Shown here: piece by piece, positions 49,683 through 58,751 of the stretch
How positions within the stretch are numbered: the stretch's first letter is position 1
Layout of the letters: each line of letters starts with the position of its first letter
Assembly (NCBI GenBank): GCA_964573695.1
Contig: CAZNKB010000003.1
Location: forward strand, 36,815-100,814
Direction: 5' to 3'
Length of the DNA: 64,000 nt
Source of the DNA: an uncultured Gammaproteobacteria bacterium
GTDB taxonomy: Bacteria; Patescibacteriota; Microgenomatia; UBA10105; UBA927
The notes under the pieces: model-generated
Databases searched by the model: none
Told to the model about the DNA's origin: nothing
Seen by the model: the letters and a program-made list of their open reading frames with translations, nothing else
Translations under genes and position numbers: made by a program

Positions 49683-51695
49683 CGTAGATTTGGGTTTTTT
49701 ACGAATCCAATAGAATAACGCCATGGCGGTCAAACCGCTTATTCCCGCTCCGATATAGAAAATCGTCGGGCGATACTCCTGGATAACGGTGTGTTTTCCC
49801 TTCGATACAATAAGTGTTCGAAAAGTAGAATTCTCACTGCTATAACTTGATTTTTTACCGTCAATATATACAGTCCAACCGGGATAGAGCACCTCGGAAC
49901 TCATGAGGGTGGTGTCACACGTCGCTTCTACGGATAATTCGATGCGGTTGGGAGAATATGAGGAGATACCGACAGCCCCGCACGCAGGCGACATGAGGTA
50001 AAATCGAGAAAACACTGTCGTATTTTCATAGAGACGATAATCGGGATTATCGCTTTGCCCTATAAGACGATAACGGACGGAGTCGGCAAACGGATCATAT
50101 TGGGAGGGAACCATTATGTATTTGATGTTGAGTGCGTCTATCGTGTCCGCCTGCTGGGGTGTAAGATAGGGAACCTGAACGTCATGTTCAAGCACTAGCG
50201 TACTCCCCTGTTTTCCCAACGCATGGGAAATATACTCATAATACGACCGCAACATGGACGTGTCGTATCCGGTCGCAGAAAATATGCCATAACTCATGAC
50301 ACTATCAAAATCCATGGCGTCACGGCTATCTAGCCACACTCCGAAATTCTGAAGCACCCGATATGGCTCGCGATCTTGTGTCAGTCGTGTCACAAGCTTC
50401 TCATCATGACGCCGGGCTGGAACGGGACCAAGTTCGATAAAGTGCTTCCCGAACAGGAAAAGTTCGATGACAAGTATGCCGGCGACGCCAAGCGGGAGCA
50501 GACGAAACTTTCCTGCTCCCCGAAATATGACGTCCATACCTATCCCGACTAGTCCGGACAGAGCGAATGCCACAAGGACAAGATGCCGGGGAGGAATCCG
50601 AAGATAGTGATACATCGGCACGATGCGCCACAATATATACTGCAGGTCAACCGGCGCGTTGGGGCCAAGTGAAACCCATAGCCCGAAAAGGGCGATACAA
50701 AAAAATCCGCATCCGTAAAAAAACACTCCGCTCTTATGTGCGTCCTTTCGAATGAACGTTATCAAGAAAACTACTCCTACGAGCGCCAATGTGACACCCG
50801 TAATGCCCAAAAAAACGCTATGCTCTATAAAATTGGGGGGCAACCCCCGATACGTACGCTGATCACCGAAAAAAAACGGCTGAAGAAATCCTATGAAGCT
50901 TTCCAAACCCCAGGAACCGTATGAAACCCACGAGTACGGCAAACGGAAAGTCCGTATACTCTGCCGAAAAAATTCCTGTACAGGCACCAGGTGGATCGCT
51001 GCAAGGAAAATACCTATGCATCCTGCAAGGATTACCCGGATGAGCGGAAACGCAGTCTTCGTCATAACCGTACGAATAAGCGCAAATACAAAAACAGCAA
51101 TGAGCGTCATAAATGCCATAGTCTGATACCCGGCTAATAATTGAAACGCAAAAACCACTGAAGCAAGAGCTATGGTTTTTTTCCGCTGTCCCGCTTCAGG
51201 CGAAAGCTGCAGGATATCGGAAAATGCAAGTACGACCCAGGGCATCCAGCTTGCCGAAGCGATGACATCCACATGTCCGGCCCATGTCCTCGCCATAAAA
51301 AATCCGCTCAACCCGAAACTCACACCGGAAACCCACATGGAAAGCGTGTGTTTGGTGAAACGCCTTGAAAGGGCGTACATCCCTAGACACGCCCAAAAAA
51401 TATGAATAACGATGTGCCATGCGTACGCCACGGGAAGCGGCATCACGATAAACAACCACGTAGCCGGATACCACATATTGACCATAGGATCCGCCATGAA
51501 CGGCTGGCCGGAGAACAGATACGTATTCCACCAGGGAATGATACCCTTGTGAAAGAACGTATTAAAAAATTCACGGAAAAAGTAGTACTGACGGCCAATA
51601 TCATCGCCGAAAATCATGTATCCTTCGGGGGGTATCAGCACGCCCCCAAAGATAATGACAAGCAACAAAAAATAACTGACCGCTGCTATCGCCAT
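49674..51695 (-). CDS. YfhO-family polytopic membrane protein (GT-C-like glycosyltransferase)
   Basis: The N-terminal DDIGRQYYFFREFF...GIIPWWNTYLFSGQPFMADPMVNMWYP segment is characteristic of YfhO. About 12 TM helices and a C-terminal soluble domain. Confidence 0.6.
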   Translation of the reverse strand: MAIAAVSYFLLLVIIFGGVLIPPEGYMIFGDDIGRQYYFFREFFNTFFHKGIIPWWNTYLFSGQPFMADPMVNMWYPATWLFIVMPLPVAYAWHIVIHIFWACLGMYALSRRFTKHTLSMWVSGVSFGLSGFFMARTWAGHVDVIASASWMPWVVLAFSDILQLSPEAGQRKKTIALASVVFAFQLLAGYQTMAFMTLIAVFVFALIRTVMTKTAFPLIRVILAGCIGIFLAAIHLVPVQEFFRQSIRTFRLPYSWVSYGSWGLESFIGFLQPFFFGDQRTYRGLPPNFIEHSVFLGITGVTLALVGVVFLITFIRKDAHKSGVFFYGCGFFCIALFGLWVSLGPNAPVDLQYILWRIVPMYHYLRIPPRHLVLVAFALSGLVGIGMDVIFRGAGKFRLLPLGVAGILVIELFLFGKHFIELGPVPARRHDEKLVTRLTQDREPYRVLQNFGVWLDSRDAMDFDSVMSYGIFSATGYDTSMLRSYYEYISHALGKQGSTLVLEHDVQVPYLTPQQADTIDALNIKYIMVPSQYDPFADSVRYRLIGQSDNPDYRLYENTTVFSRFYLMSPACGAVGISSYSPNRIELSVEATCDTTLMSSEVLYPGWTVYIDGKKSSYSSENSTFRTLIVSKGKHTVIQEYRPTIFYIGAGISGLTAMALFYWIRKKPKSTSV

Positions 51696-53344
51696 GGTGG
51701 TAAAGCGTAGATTGTCACCTGATTATTTCTGTAGACCTCTGTGATATATGGATATGCCGCCCGCAGATCTCTAAGTCCCCCGTCCTCACGCTCTTGCGGC
51801 CCGAAAAATATGTATCGAACAGGTATGCTTTGCATCCACTTCTTCGCTTCATCCGGATGCATCGATCCGGAAAAAAACGCTTTGACTTTTTCCTTTTTCA
51901 TCTCAAAGGCGACGGTGTTGTCATGTCCTGCGTAGACGAAATTTCCGGTAAGTGCCGGAATATAATTGCCCGCGGTCGTTTCCGAAAGAATGACACCCTG
52001 TCCATTGGTTTGATCCCGGATAAATCCCATGGCAGCTACGAAATCCTTCAAAGGGTACATCACGAAACTTCCGGTGGGAACCAGCGGCAGCGTGGCACGA
52101 ATCTTATGATCTACGAAGTCTCGCTGCCATAAGTAAGAAGAATACATATGAAACAGTCCTGTTGTGAGAAGAAGCAACGACACAAATACCGCAAGAAACC
52201 GAAGTGGCCGTGCTATGTATAGCTTGAGCATGACGTAAGCGCTGAGCACTCCAAGCGGCACGTGCGGTATCATTTCGGAAAACCGTAGCGGGCTTTGTTG
52301 GGGTACAAACGCAAATATTCCCAGAAGAGCTATCCATGCAAAAACCCAGGATACCGCAGGAAACAATGCCGACTCATGACCCGCAAGCGCCATAATTGTC
52401 CCGATCATCCCGAGAGGCAACATCGGACCGAGAGCGCGCACATACTCTGCGTAATCAAACGGAAGCGGTCGGATAATATCGACCTCTGCCAACCGTTTCC
52501 ATGGGTATATACCGGTCATGAGCGCAAGATACACAAGAGAGGCGGCGCTCAGCATCACAACAAGAGCATAAGGCATGAGATAGGCGCGAAAACGCGTGCC
52601 GCTCATAATTGCATGAATACCCATAACCGCATAAACAAACAATAATCCCGGTGGAAATATCATTCCGAGAACAAAAGCGAAACCTCCCAATATAAGGGTA
52701 CGCATGCCAGATTTCATGGCAGAAGGGGCGGTAAGCGAAATGATTAGAAATATCATCAATACCTGTCCGGCAAGCAAATGCGGAATAAACGTAATCCGCT
52801 GCAAGCTATCCATAACAGACCACCACGCCATAAACCCTCCAAAACGCCATGCACCCAAAACCTCAACAGGTTTCGGCCAGCTACTTGCGGACACTGCAAA
52901 CAAAAACGCCAAAAGGGATGCGCCGAATACATACCGGCTACGGATGTGCTCAAAAGACTTTTGCGAAAACGCCACGATCGCCCACAGCAGTGCTACAGCA
53001 AGCACAATGCGCGCTACGTGATAGATATCCCCCGCGCGGTAGGTGGGCACCCGGACAAACCGCCCAGCTTGCCCCATAAGCAAATACAGCTCGTGGATAA
53101 ACGAACCGTTATGAGATTCCGAGGTATATTTTTCTACAACCGCCCACCTTCCTTCGAGCCCTTCCCTGATGCGGGAAAGGTAAAAATTATAATCTGTCGG
53201 GAAATTGTGCACGAGCTCAAACTGACGGTCAGGACGGAGAAAACGGGCGTGTGACAGTTCATAAAACGTCGGCGCCAGGGAAAACAAAACAAACGCGGCG
53301 ACAAGCAGCGGGAAAATAATCTTTTTTCGTGCCATAATCCCCAT
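51686..53344 (-). CDS. polytopic membrane protein, paralogue 2 of the uncharacterised GT-C-like family
   Basis: VHNFPTDYNFYLSRIREGLEGRWAVVEKYTSESH motif shared with 41719-43329 and 56259-57854. Confidence 0.5.
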   Translation of the reverse strand: MGIMARKKIIFPLLVAAFVLFSLAPTFYELSHARFLRPDRQFELVHNFPTDYNFYLSRIREGLEGRWAVVEKYTSESHNGSFIHELYLLMGQAGRFVRVPTYRAGDIYHVARIVLAVALLWAIVAFSQKSFEHIRSRYVFGASLLAFLFAVSASSWPKPVEVLGAWRFGGFMAWWSVMDSLQRITFIPHLLAGQVLMIFLIISLTAPSAMKSGMRTLILGGFAFVLGMIFPPGLLFVYAVMGIHAIMSGTRFRAYLMPYALVVMLSAASLVYLALMTGIYPWKRLAEVDIIRPLPFDYAEYVRALGPMLPLGMIGTIMALAGHESALFPAVSWVFAWIALLGIFAFVPQQSPLRFSEMIPHVPLGVLSAYVMLKLYIARPLRFLAVFVSLLLLTTGLFHMYSSYLWQRDFVDHKIRATLPLVPTGSFVMYPLKDFVAAMGFIRDQTNGQGVILSETTAGNYIPALTGNFVYAGHDNTVAFEMKKEKVKAFFSGSMHPDEAKKWMQSIPVRYIFFGPQEREDGGLRDLRAAYPYITEVYRNNQVTIYALPPWR

Positions 53345-53361
53345 TCTAACCTAAACCCGGG

Positions 53362-53391
53362 TTGACTTTACACCCTGCACATTGGGATAAT
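53362..53391 (+). promoter_or_regulatory. sigma70-like promoter (TTGACT-18-GATAAT) only 7 nt upstream of the ATG of the RmlC-like gene; implies a leaderless or near-leaderless transcript
   Basis: TTGACT at 53362-53367, GATAAT at 53386-53391, ATG at 53399. Confidence 0.35.
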
Positions 53392-53398
53392 TGATCTC

Positions 53399-53953
53399 AT
53401 GAGTGATGCGCTTACCGATTCGTCGATTGATGCGAAGCAACGGGACAAAGTATACGAACAGGATTATTCCCCCAAACCGACGATTACCGGAGTCCGGATT
53501 CTCAAAATCCGGAATTTCGTGGGAGAAAACGGTGACTTTTCTGAACTCCTGCGTATGACGGAATCCGGGGAAGCAGAATCCATGCCGGATTTTCGTGTCA
53601 GGCAAATAAACAGAAGCAAACAATACAACAAAGCGATAAAGGCCTGGCACCTTCACTATAATCAGGATGAAATCTGGTATGTCCCCCCGGATGAGCACTT
53701 GCTACTGGGCCTCTGGGACGTACGGGATAGTAGCGACACCAAAGGAGTGACCCAAAAAATTCCGCTTGGCGGCGGCAACTCTATCGCAGTCTATATCCCT
53801 CGGGGGGTTGCTCATGGGGCGGCGAATTTCTCCGGCAAAAAAGCAAATGTGTATTACTTCGTAAACAATCAGTTCAATCAGGAACATCCAGATGAGCACC
53901 GTTTACCGTGGGATGCGGCCGGGAAAGAATTTTGGGAAGCCCCGAAAGAATGA
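53399..53953 (+). CDS. RmlC-like cupin (dTDP-sugar 3,5-epimerase / isomerase family)
   Basis: ...RQINRSKQYNKAIKAWHLHYNQDEIWYVPPDEHLLLGLWDVR...IAVYIPRGVAHGAANFS resembles RmlC core motifs. Confidence 0.55.
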   Translation: MSDALTDSSIDAKQRDKVYEQDYSPKPTITGVRILKIRNFVGENGDFSELLRMTESGEAESMPDFRVRQINRSKQYNKAIKAWHLHYNQDEIWYVPPDEHLLLGLWDVRDSSDTKGVTQKIPLGGGNSIAVYIPRGVAHGAANFSGKKANVYYFVNNQFNQEHPDEHRLPWDAAGKEFWEAPKE

Positions 53954-53964
53954 CAGCGCTACCC

Positions 53965-54738
53965 CTACTTCTCTTGTAACATCAAGGGAATAAGTCCTGC
54001 GATTCCTTCTGCCCGAAGAATACCCGTAATAGCCGATTTCCCGTTGGAATTATGCTTGCCCCAATCACTCTCTGCCAAAAAAACATTTCCCTCGCGTACT
54101 CCTGCTTCTAACGCAGGCACCGTGTCTGCGATGAGACTATCCCCTCCGGTCATGACATCTCGGGGCTGTAGGCCTAACCCGCGCGCCGCCGCCACCCAAT
54201 CCCTCGCTTCCTTATGCTTTTGAGCAACCGGCACCACATGGACATGTGACATATACCGCAATAATCCGGTGAAAAACAATTTATCTCCCGTCCATGGGCC
54301 GAGCGCATGCGAATTAATGGCGACAGGTGCCACTTCATGAAGAATGGCCACAGTCCGCAAAGCCCGGGGCACAGGACTTGGAATTGTCTTATATATGGCA
54401 AGTAATGTCGGGGTAAACCGCTTGAGTATCGGGCGCATCCGCCTCCCTAGCGTATTTCCGAGTGAATGAACGATTCTCTCCCACCGTCTCGGATCCACTC
54501 CCATATCCAGATGTATTTGTTTATTGGCGTCATGGACGGCTCCTCTCATAAACGCAAAGGGAATATCCGGTTCCAGCGAGACGACCTGTCGCGAAAAGAC
54601 ATCCATTTGTCGGCCGAATGCATCTCTATTTGTATCGAGCAGAAAATCATCGAGATCAAATACGACTCCACGAATATTTTTCCTTCGGAAATACTCGCGT
54701 ACCTGGGGGACAACACTACCGGTTCGTTCTCGCGGCAT
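53965..54738 (-). CDS. HAD-superfamily hydrolase (phosphatase)
   Basis: From MPRERTGS. Motif I is VVFDLDDFLLDT (DxDxT). Confidence 0.6.
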   Translation of the reverse strand: MPRERTGSVVPQVREYFRRKNIRGVVFDLDDFLLDTNRDAFGRQMDVFSRQVVSLEPDIPFAFMRGAVHDANKQIHLDMGVDPRRWERIVHSLGNTLGRRMRPILKRFTPTLLAIYKTIPSPVPRALRTVAILHEVAPVAINSHALGPWTGDKLFFTGLLRYMSHVHVVPVAQKHKEARDWVAAARGLGLQPRDVMTGGDSLIADTVPALEAGVREGNVFLAESDWGKHNSNGKSAITGILRAEGIAGLIPLMLQEK

Positions 54739-54763
54739 AATCGACGCATTGTAGCAATACATT

Positions 54764-55522
54764 CTATGTATGCGCAATGAGAGTGTCTATCACCGTATGT
54801 ATGCCGCTTGCTTCTATTACGCCCTCCGGCATGTCACCACGCTGATACGGTTCCCATGGACTGGGCAGATGTACCAAATGCACGACTCCCGCTTCCCGGG
54901 CTGCCCTCATATCACCTTGTATACTATCGCCGATGACCAGCACCTCTTGCGGCTGGACGCCGAGGGTGGCAATGGCTTTTTGCCAATGACCGGAATTCTT
55001 GTTTCCCCACTCATCCGCTATTTCCACATGATCAAACATTTCGCCAAGCCCCGTTTCACGAAGCTTGAGTTCTGTATACTCCCGGTTTGCATGGGTAACA
55101 AGTCCTAGTCTCGCAGTACTCTGGCGGAAAAACTGGAGCGTTTCCAGCGCTTTGGGAAAAAGCCCGGGAGACTGCTCATAAATAGAAAGAAGAATGCCGA
55201 GCCCTTCACGGTAGGTTTCTGGCGGCAAACGATATTTGGCACATACAAGCGTTACTAACCCTCCCCAGCGCTCGTTACTCACGGAGTGAGTACCAAAGAC
55301 GGTCATATCTGCTTCGTCGACTGCCCTATCAAGTTCTTCGGGTGATACATCGGGAACACTTGCATGAAGAAATGCTTTAAATTCGCTAATTTTCCCGCTA
55401 TACAACGCATGGGAATCGAGCAAGGTATCGTCCAAATCAAACAATACGGCTTTAATACCTCGCGAACCCAGCCATTCTTTAAGGATGATATTCTGTTCAG
55501 TTACACGTCGTTCTTTCATCAT
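54764..55522 (-). CDS. HAD-superfamily hydrolase, tandem paralogue
   Basis: From MMKERRV. Motif I is VLFDLDDTLLDS and motif IV is VIGDSIQGD. Its 5' leader is homologous to that of the neighbouring HAD gene. Confidence 0.6.
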   Translation of the reverse strand: MMKERRVTEQNIILKEWLGSRGIKAVLFDLDDTLLDSHALYSGKISEFKAFLHASVPDVSPEELDRAVDEADMTVFGTHSVSNERWGGLVTLVCAKYRLPPETYREGLGILLSIYEQSPGLFPKALETLQFFRQSTARLGLVTHANREYTELKLRETGLGEMFDHVEIADEWGNKNSGHWQKAIATLGVQPQEVLVIGDSIQGDMRAAREAGVVHLVHLPSPWEPYQRGDMPEGVIEASGIHTVIDTLIAHT

Positions 55523-55605
55523 ATCCGGCGCATTGTAACAATATATATGTATTTCATCAAACACACAGCCTGGAATATCTTTGTGTAATTCTCTATACTC
55601 GCGCT

Positions 55606-56271
55606 ATGGAAGACTCCAAAGAATCCAACATAGTACTCCCTGCAATTATCATAAGCATCGTGCTTTTTGCCGGTGTCTATTTTGCGTTTCAATCGTCCAA
55701 GTCGCATCAAGGTACAATCGTGCTTCCGGGAGGAATCACCTATCTGGGTCCCACACCGACAGAAAAGCAAACCACGGAAACACCGGCAACAGAGGGTGGC
55801 AATCCTATCCCCGTTTCCAAAGATACGCCCTGGAGTCAACGCCGCGGAGTTACTTTTCCTTACACATTCTCGTACCCGGAGACACTTTCCCTGGGAACGT
55901 TTCCCGATGACCCGTACGACTCGCTCACTCTTTTTTATCCGGGAACGGACGCCAACGCAAATATTTTTTTCCGTGTGGATGACCTTACCAAACTCAACAA
56001 AAAACAATACCTGGGAAAAACCGAGGAATATGCTAAAAACTGGTGGAAAGAATACAATTGGAAAGGTGTCGAATCCGTTACTGCGTTTACCAATAGCAAG
56101 GGGCTCAAAGGGCATAGGGCGAAATACCTAAACGACCAAAACAATACCCCGTACGATCATGTATTTTTTGAGATTCCGGCCTCGGACAATCTCGTCATTT
56201 GGCTCAGCGGAAAACTCTTCAGCCGCGAAGTTTTCGACCGCATGGCTGATTCAGTCTCGTGGAACCCGTAA
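55606..56271 (+). CDS. membrane-anchored hypothetical protein
   Basis: N-terminal TM VLPAIIISIVLFAGVYFAF followed by a soluble domain. Confidence 0.45.
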   Translation: MEDSKESNIVLPAIIISIVLFAGVYFAFQSSKSHQGTIVLPGGITYLGPTPTEKQTTETPATEGGNPIPVSKDTPWSQRRGVTFPYTFSYPETLSLGTFPDDPYDSLTLFYPGTDANANIFFRVDDLTKLNKKQYLGKTEEYAKNWWKEYNWKGVESVTAFTNSKGLKGHRAKYLNDQNNTPYDHVFFEIPASDNLVIWLSGKLFSREVFDRMADSVSWNP

Positions 56272-57854
56272 AGAAAATCATGATAGACGCCGTAATCGTT
56301 AGCATCATTGTCCTTGCCACGGCAGAAAACTACCTCCCGTTTATCATCGGACTTATGCAAACCCCCGATCAGTATGTATTTTTGGGAACGGTGCATCACC
56401 CCGCCGACTATTTCTACTATCTTTCCCAATTTGCCCAGGGGTCATACCGCTTTATAACAACGGTCAATCTTTTCTCAGGGGAACAAGCTACTCCGACCTT
56501 TGTCGGCTGGAGCAACGTGTTGATAGGACGCTTTTTTCATATATTCGGCCTTTCCCCGTTTGTTGCGTATCACGTGAGTGTTCTCCTGTTAACTGCACTG
56601 CTTTTTATTGCCGGCTACCAGCTGTTTTCCACTATGATGCCCAAACGTCCGGCGACACTTGCCCTTTTTCTGTTTGCCCTGTTCCACGCATTTCCGGTAC
56701 TGCGTGACGGCTTACCGTCCTATGGGGATTACTGGAACAACTTTGCCGTCCCTAGAGTCCGATTCGGCGGCGTGCCGCACCAGCTTCTGCTTACTGCGGC
56801 TTCCTTTTTCATGGTTTATTGTTTCAATATCTGGATACAACGTAAACATCACACATGGAACATACTCGCCGGCCTCGGAATATCCAGTCTTATTCTGGCA
56901 AGTCTACAACCCATCTTATGGGTGCTTATCGTGGGTGTAGTTGGACTTTCCGTATGCATCCACACGGTGATAACCACAAAACAGGTCACCTTTGTGCTGC
57001 GCGCCGTGCCCCCGGTCCGTATGTGGCTTACTATCCTCATCAGCGGGGCACTGCCCCTTCTTTACCTCAACCGGCTGTTTTCTGCTCTTCCGTTCTCCCA
57101 GCTTAGAGCGTGGGAGGCTCATGCACAAACGTCCCTCACTCCCGAACATATACTCACTGCTACCGGGCCCGTATTACTGATTGCGCTCTTTTCGCTGCCT
57201 CATTTCATAACACGGCCGTCATTTGTAGCGCTTTTTACCGCGTTGTTTTCCGTTGTCTCCTTCAGTCTCTTTCTCTCCCCGCTCCCGCAGTACCTGGCCA
57301 TAAGCCACGTCCGCTTCATGTCGGCGCTGACCGTGCTTTGTATTTCCAGCATTGCTGCAAAGGGAATAATGTCGCTTTGGCAATCCCGGAACCGCGTGGC
57401 ACGCACTGCAGGAATACTCATTTTTGCAGGCACAGCAGCCCTCCTGATTCCGAATCATTTCAAGACGCTGGAGCTATCAACCCGATTTGATCCAAATAAC
57501 GCCTATTACTACCTCACTAACACTGACTATGCATTTTTGAAAGAAGCGGGTTTAATCGGCACACTTGAGGACACATTCCTCGTCGCCTGGCCGTATAACA
57601 GTATGTTTCCGGCAATTACCGGCAGGCGATCGTACAACGGACACCCGCTCATTACCGTCAACTCACCGGAGAAGGATCGGCTCGCCGCCGCCATTCTCAA
57701 CGGCTCCATGAGTGCGGAAGCAACCCATACGTTTTTTCTGGAAAACCACATTACCTACCTCATCGTACCTGCGGACAACACCTATATTGCAAATCTGCTG
57801 TATCTTACCCGAAAACTAGCTTCAAATAGCCTTGTTTTGTATACAGTACGGTAA
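56259..57854 (+). CDS. polytopic membrane protein, paralogue 3 of the uncharacterised GT-C-like family
   Basis: VHHPADYFYYLSQFAQGSYRF...FSGEQATPTF and PRVRFGGVPHQLLL motifs. GTG start at 56259 or ATG at 56280. Confidence 0.55.
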   Translation: MEPVKKIMIDAVIVSIIVLATAENYLPFIIGLMQTPDQYVFLGTVHHPADYFYYLSQFAQGSYRFITTVNLFSGEQATPTFVGWSNVLIGRFFHIFGLSPFVAYHVSVLLLTALLFIAGYQLFSTMMPKRPATLALFLFALFHAFPVLRDGLPSYGDYWNNFAVPRVRFGGVPHQLLLTAASFFMVYCFNIWIQRKHHTWNILAGLGISSLILASLQPILWVLIVGVVGLSVCIHTVITTKQVTFVLRAVPPVRMWLTILISGALPLLYLNRLFSALPFSQLRAWEAHAQTSLTPEHILTATGPVLLIALFSLPHFITRPSFVALFTALFSVVSFSLFLSPLPQYLAISHVRFMSALTVLCISSIAAKGIMSLWQSRNRVARTAGILIFAGTAALLIPNHFKTLELSTRFDPNNAYYYLTNTDYAFLKEAGLIGTLEDTFLVAWPYNSMFPAITGRRSYNGHPLITVNSPEKDRLAAAILNGSMSAEATHTFFLENHITYLIVPADNTYIANLLYLTRKLASNSLVLYTVR

Positions 57855-57888
57855 TGGACGGTTTCCTACTTGATTTTAGTCCTATAGT

Positions 57889-58701
57889 ATGGTATCTTTA
57901 TCTATTGAAATGACTACTGCCGAATTTCGTCCGGTTGGTGAGATCTTAAACCCCCACGCTCCGAACTTTAGCGAGCTTCACTACCACGTCAGAATCGATG
58001 CGATGACCCCGGAAGACAAACTCTACTGGCTTTCCGATCAAATCCTCAAAGAAGAACACCGCCTGTTGCGCGAACCATACAACATGCCCCAGATCCGCCC
58101 CGAGGCAAAAATCATGTTCCTGACTGGCGGGCCCAAATCAGACGTGACCGAAGCGCGGGATTTCGAGGGGAACTTGATCCACACGCGTCACCTTGATCAT
58201 CCGCGCCCCATGTTTGCCGAAATTCCCGAGGCACTTAGCTCGATTTCCCACTGGTTTGACCTGACAATCCAAAGCAAGGAAAATAATACGGTACCCCCTT
58301 CTCCTGTCGCAGCACTCTCAGAGGTATCTGACGTCGTCTATAACGTCTCCCATCTCCTTACCCTCGATGAATATTTCTGGGAGGAATACAACGAGTACTT
58401 AAAACGCATCGCAGAATCCTTGGGATACAACCTGGATCAGCTCCTCACGATTGCGGTTTATAAATACAACTTTCGCCTGGGTCAGGGCAAATCACAAAAA
58501 AATATCGGCATCGAAAACGACCTGATCGCAAAAGTACTTTCCAAAACCGGTGCTGACGGCAAACCGCTTTTCCCTACTCCCACCGAAGCGCAGTTCCAAA
58601 AAACCTTCCACACGCTTGCCGAAGTGCAAACGCTCCTCAATACCCGCCTGGAACAGCTGCGGCAGGATTATGAGTGGAAACGAAACCCGGTCACCGGATA
58701 G
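57889..58701 (+). CDS. hypothetical cytoplasmic protein
   Basis: 270 aa with no TM. Acidic and helical C-terminal half. No domain recognised with confidence. Confidence 0.45.
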   Translation: MVSLSIEMTTAEFRPVGEILNPHAPNFSELHYHVRIDAMTPEDKLYWLSDQILKEEHRLLREPYNMPQIRPEAKIMFLTGGPKSDVTEARDFEGNLIHTRHLDHPRPMFAEIPEALSSISHWFDLTIQSKENNTVPPSPVAALSEVSDVVYNVSHLLTLDEYFWEEYNEYLKRIAESLGYNLDQLLTIAVYKYNFRLGQGKSQKNIGIENDLIAKVLSKTGADGKPLFPTPTEAQFQKTFHTLAEVQTLLNTRLEQLRQDYEWKRNPVTG

Positions 58702-58751
58702 GCACTGTTTGTGCAATTTCACAAATCAGCAAATTCCCGTATGATAAAAGG

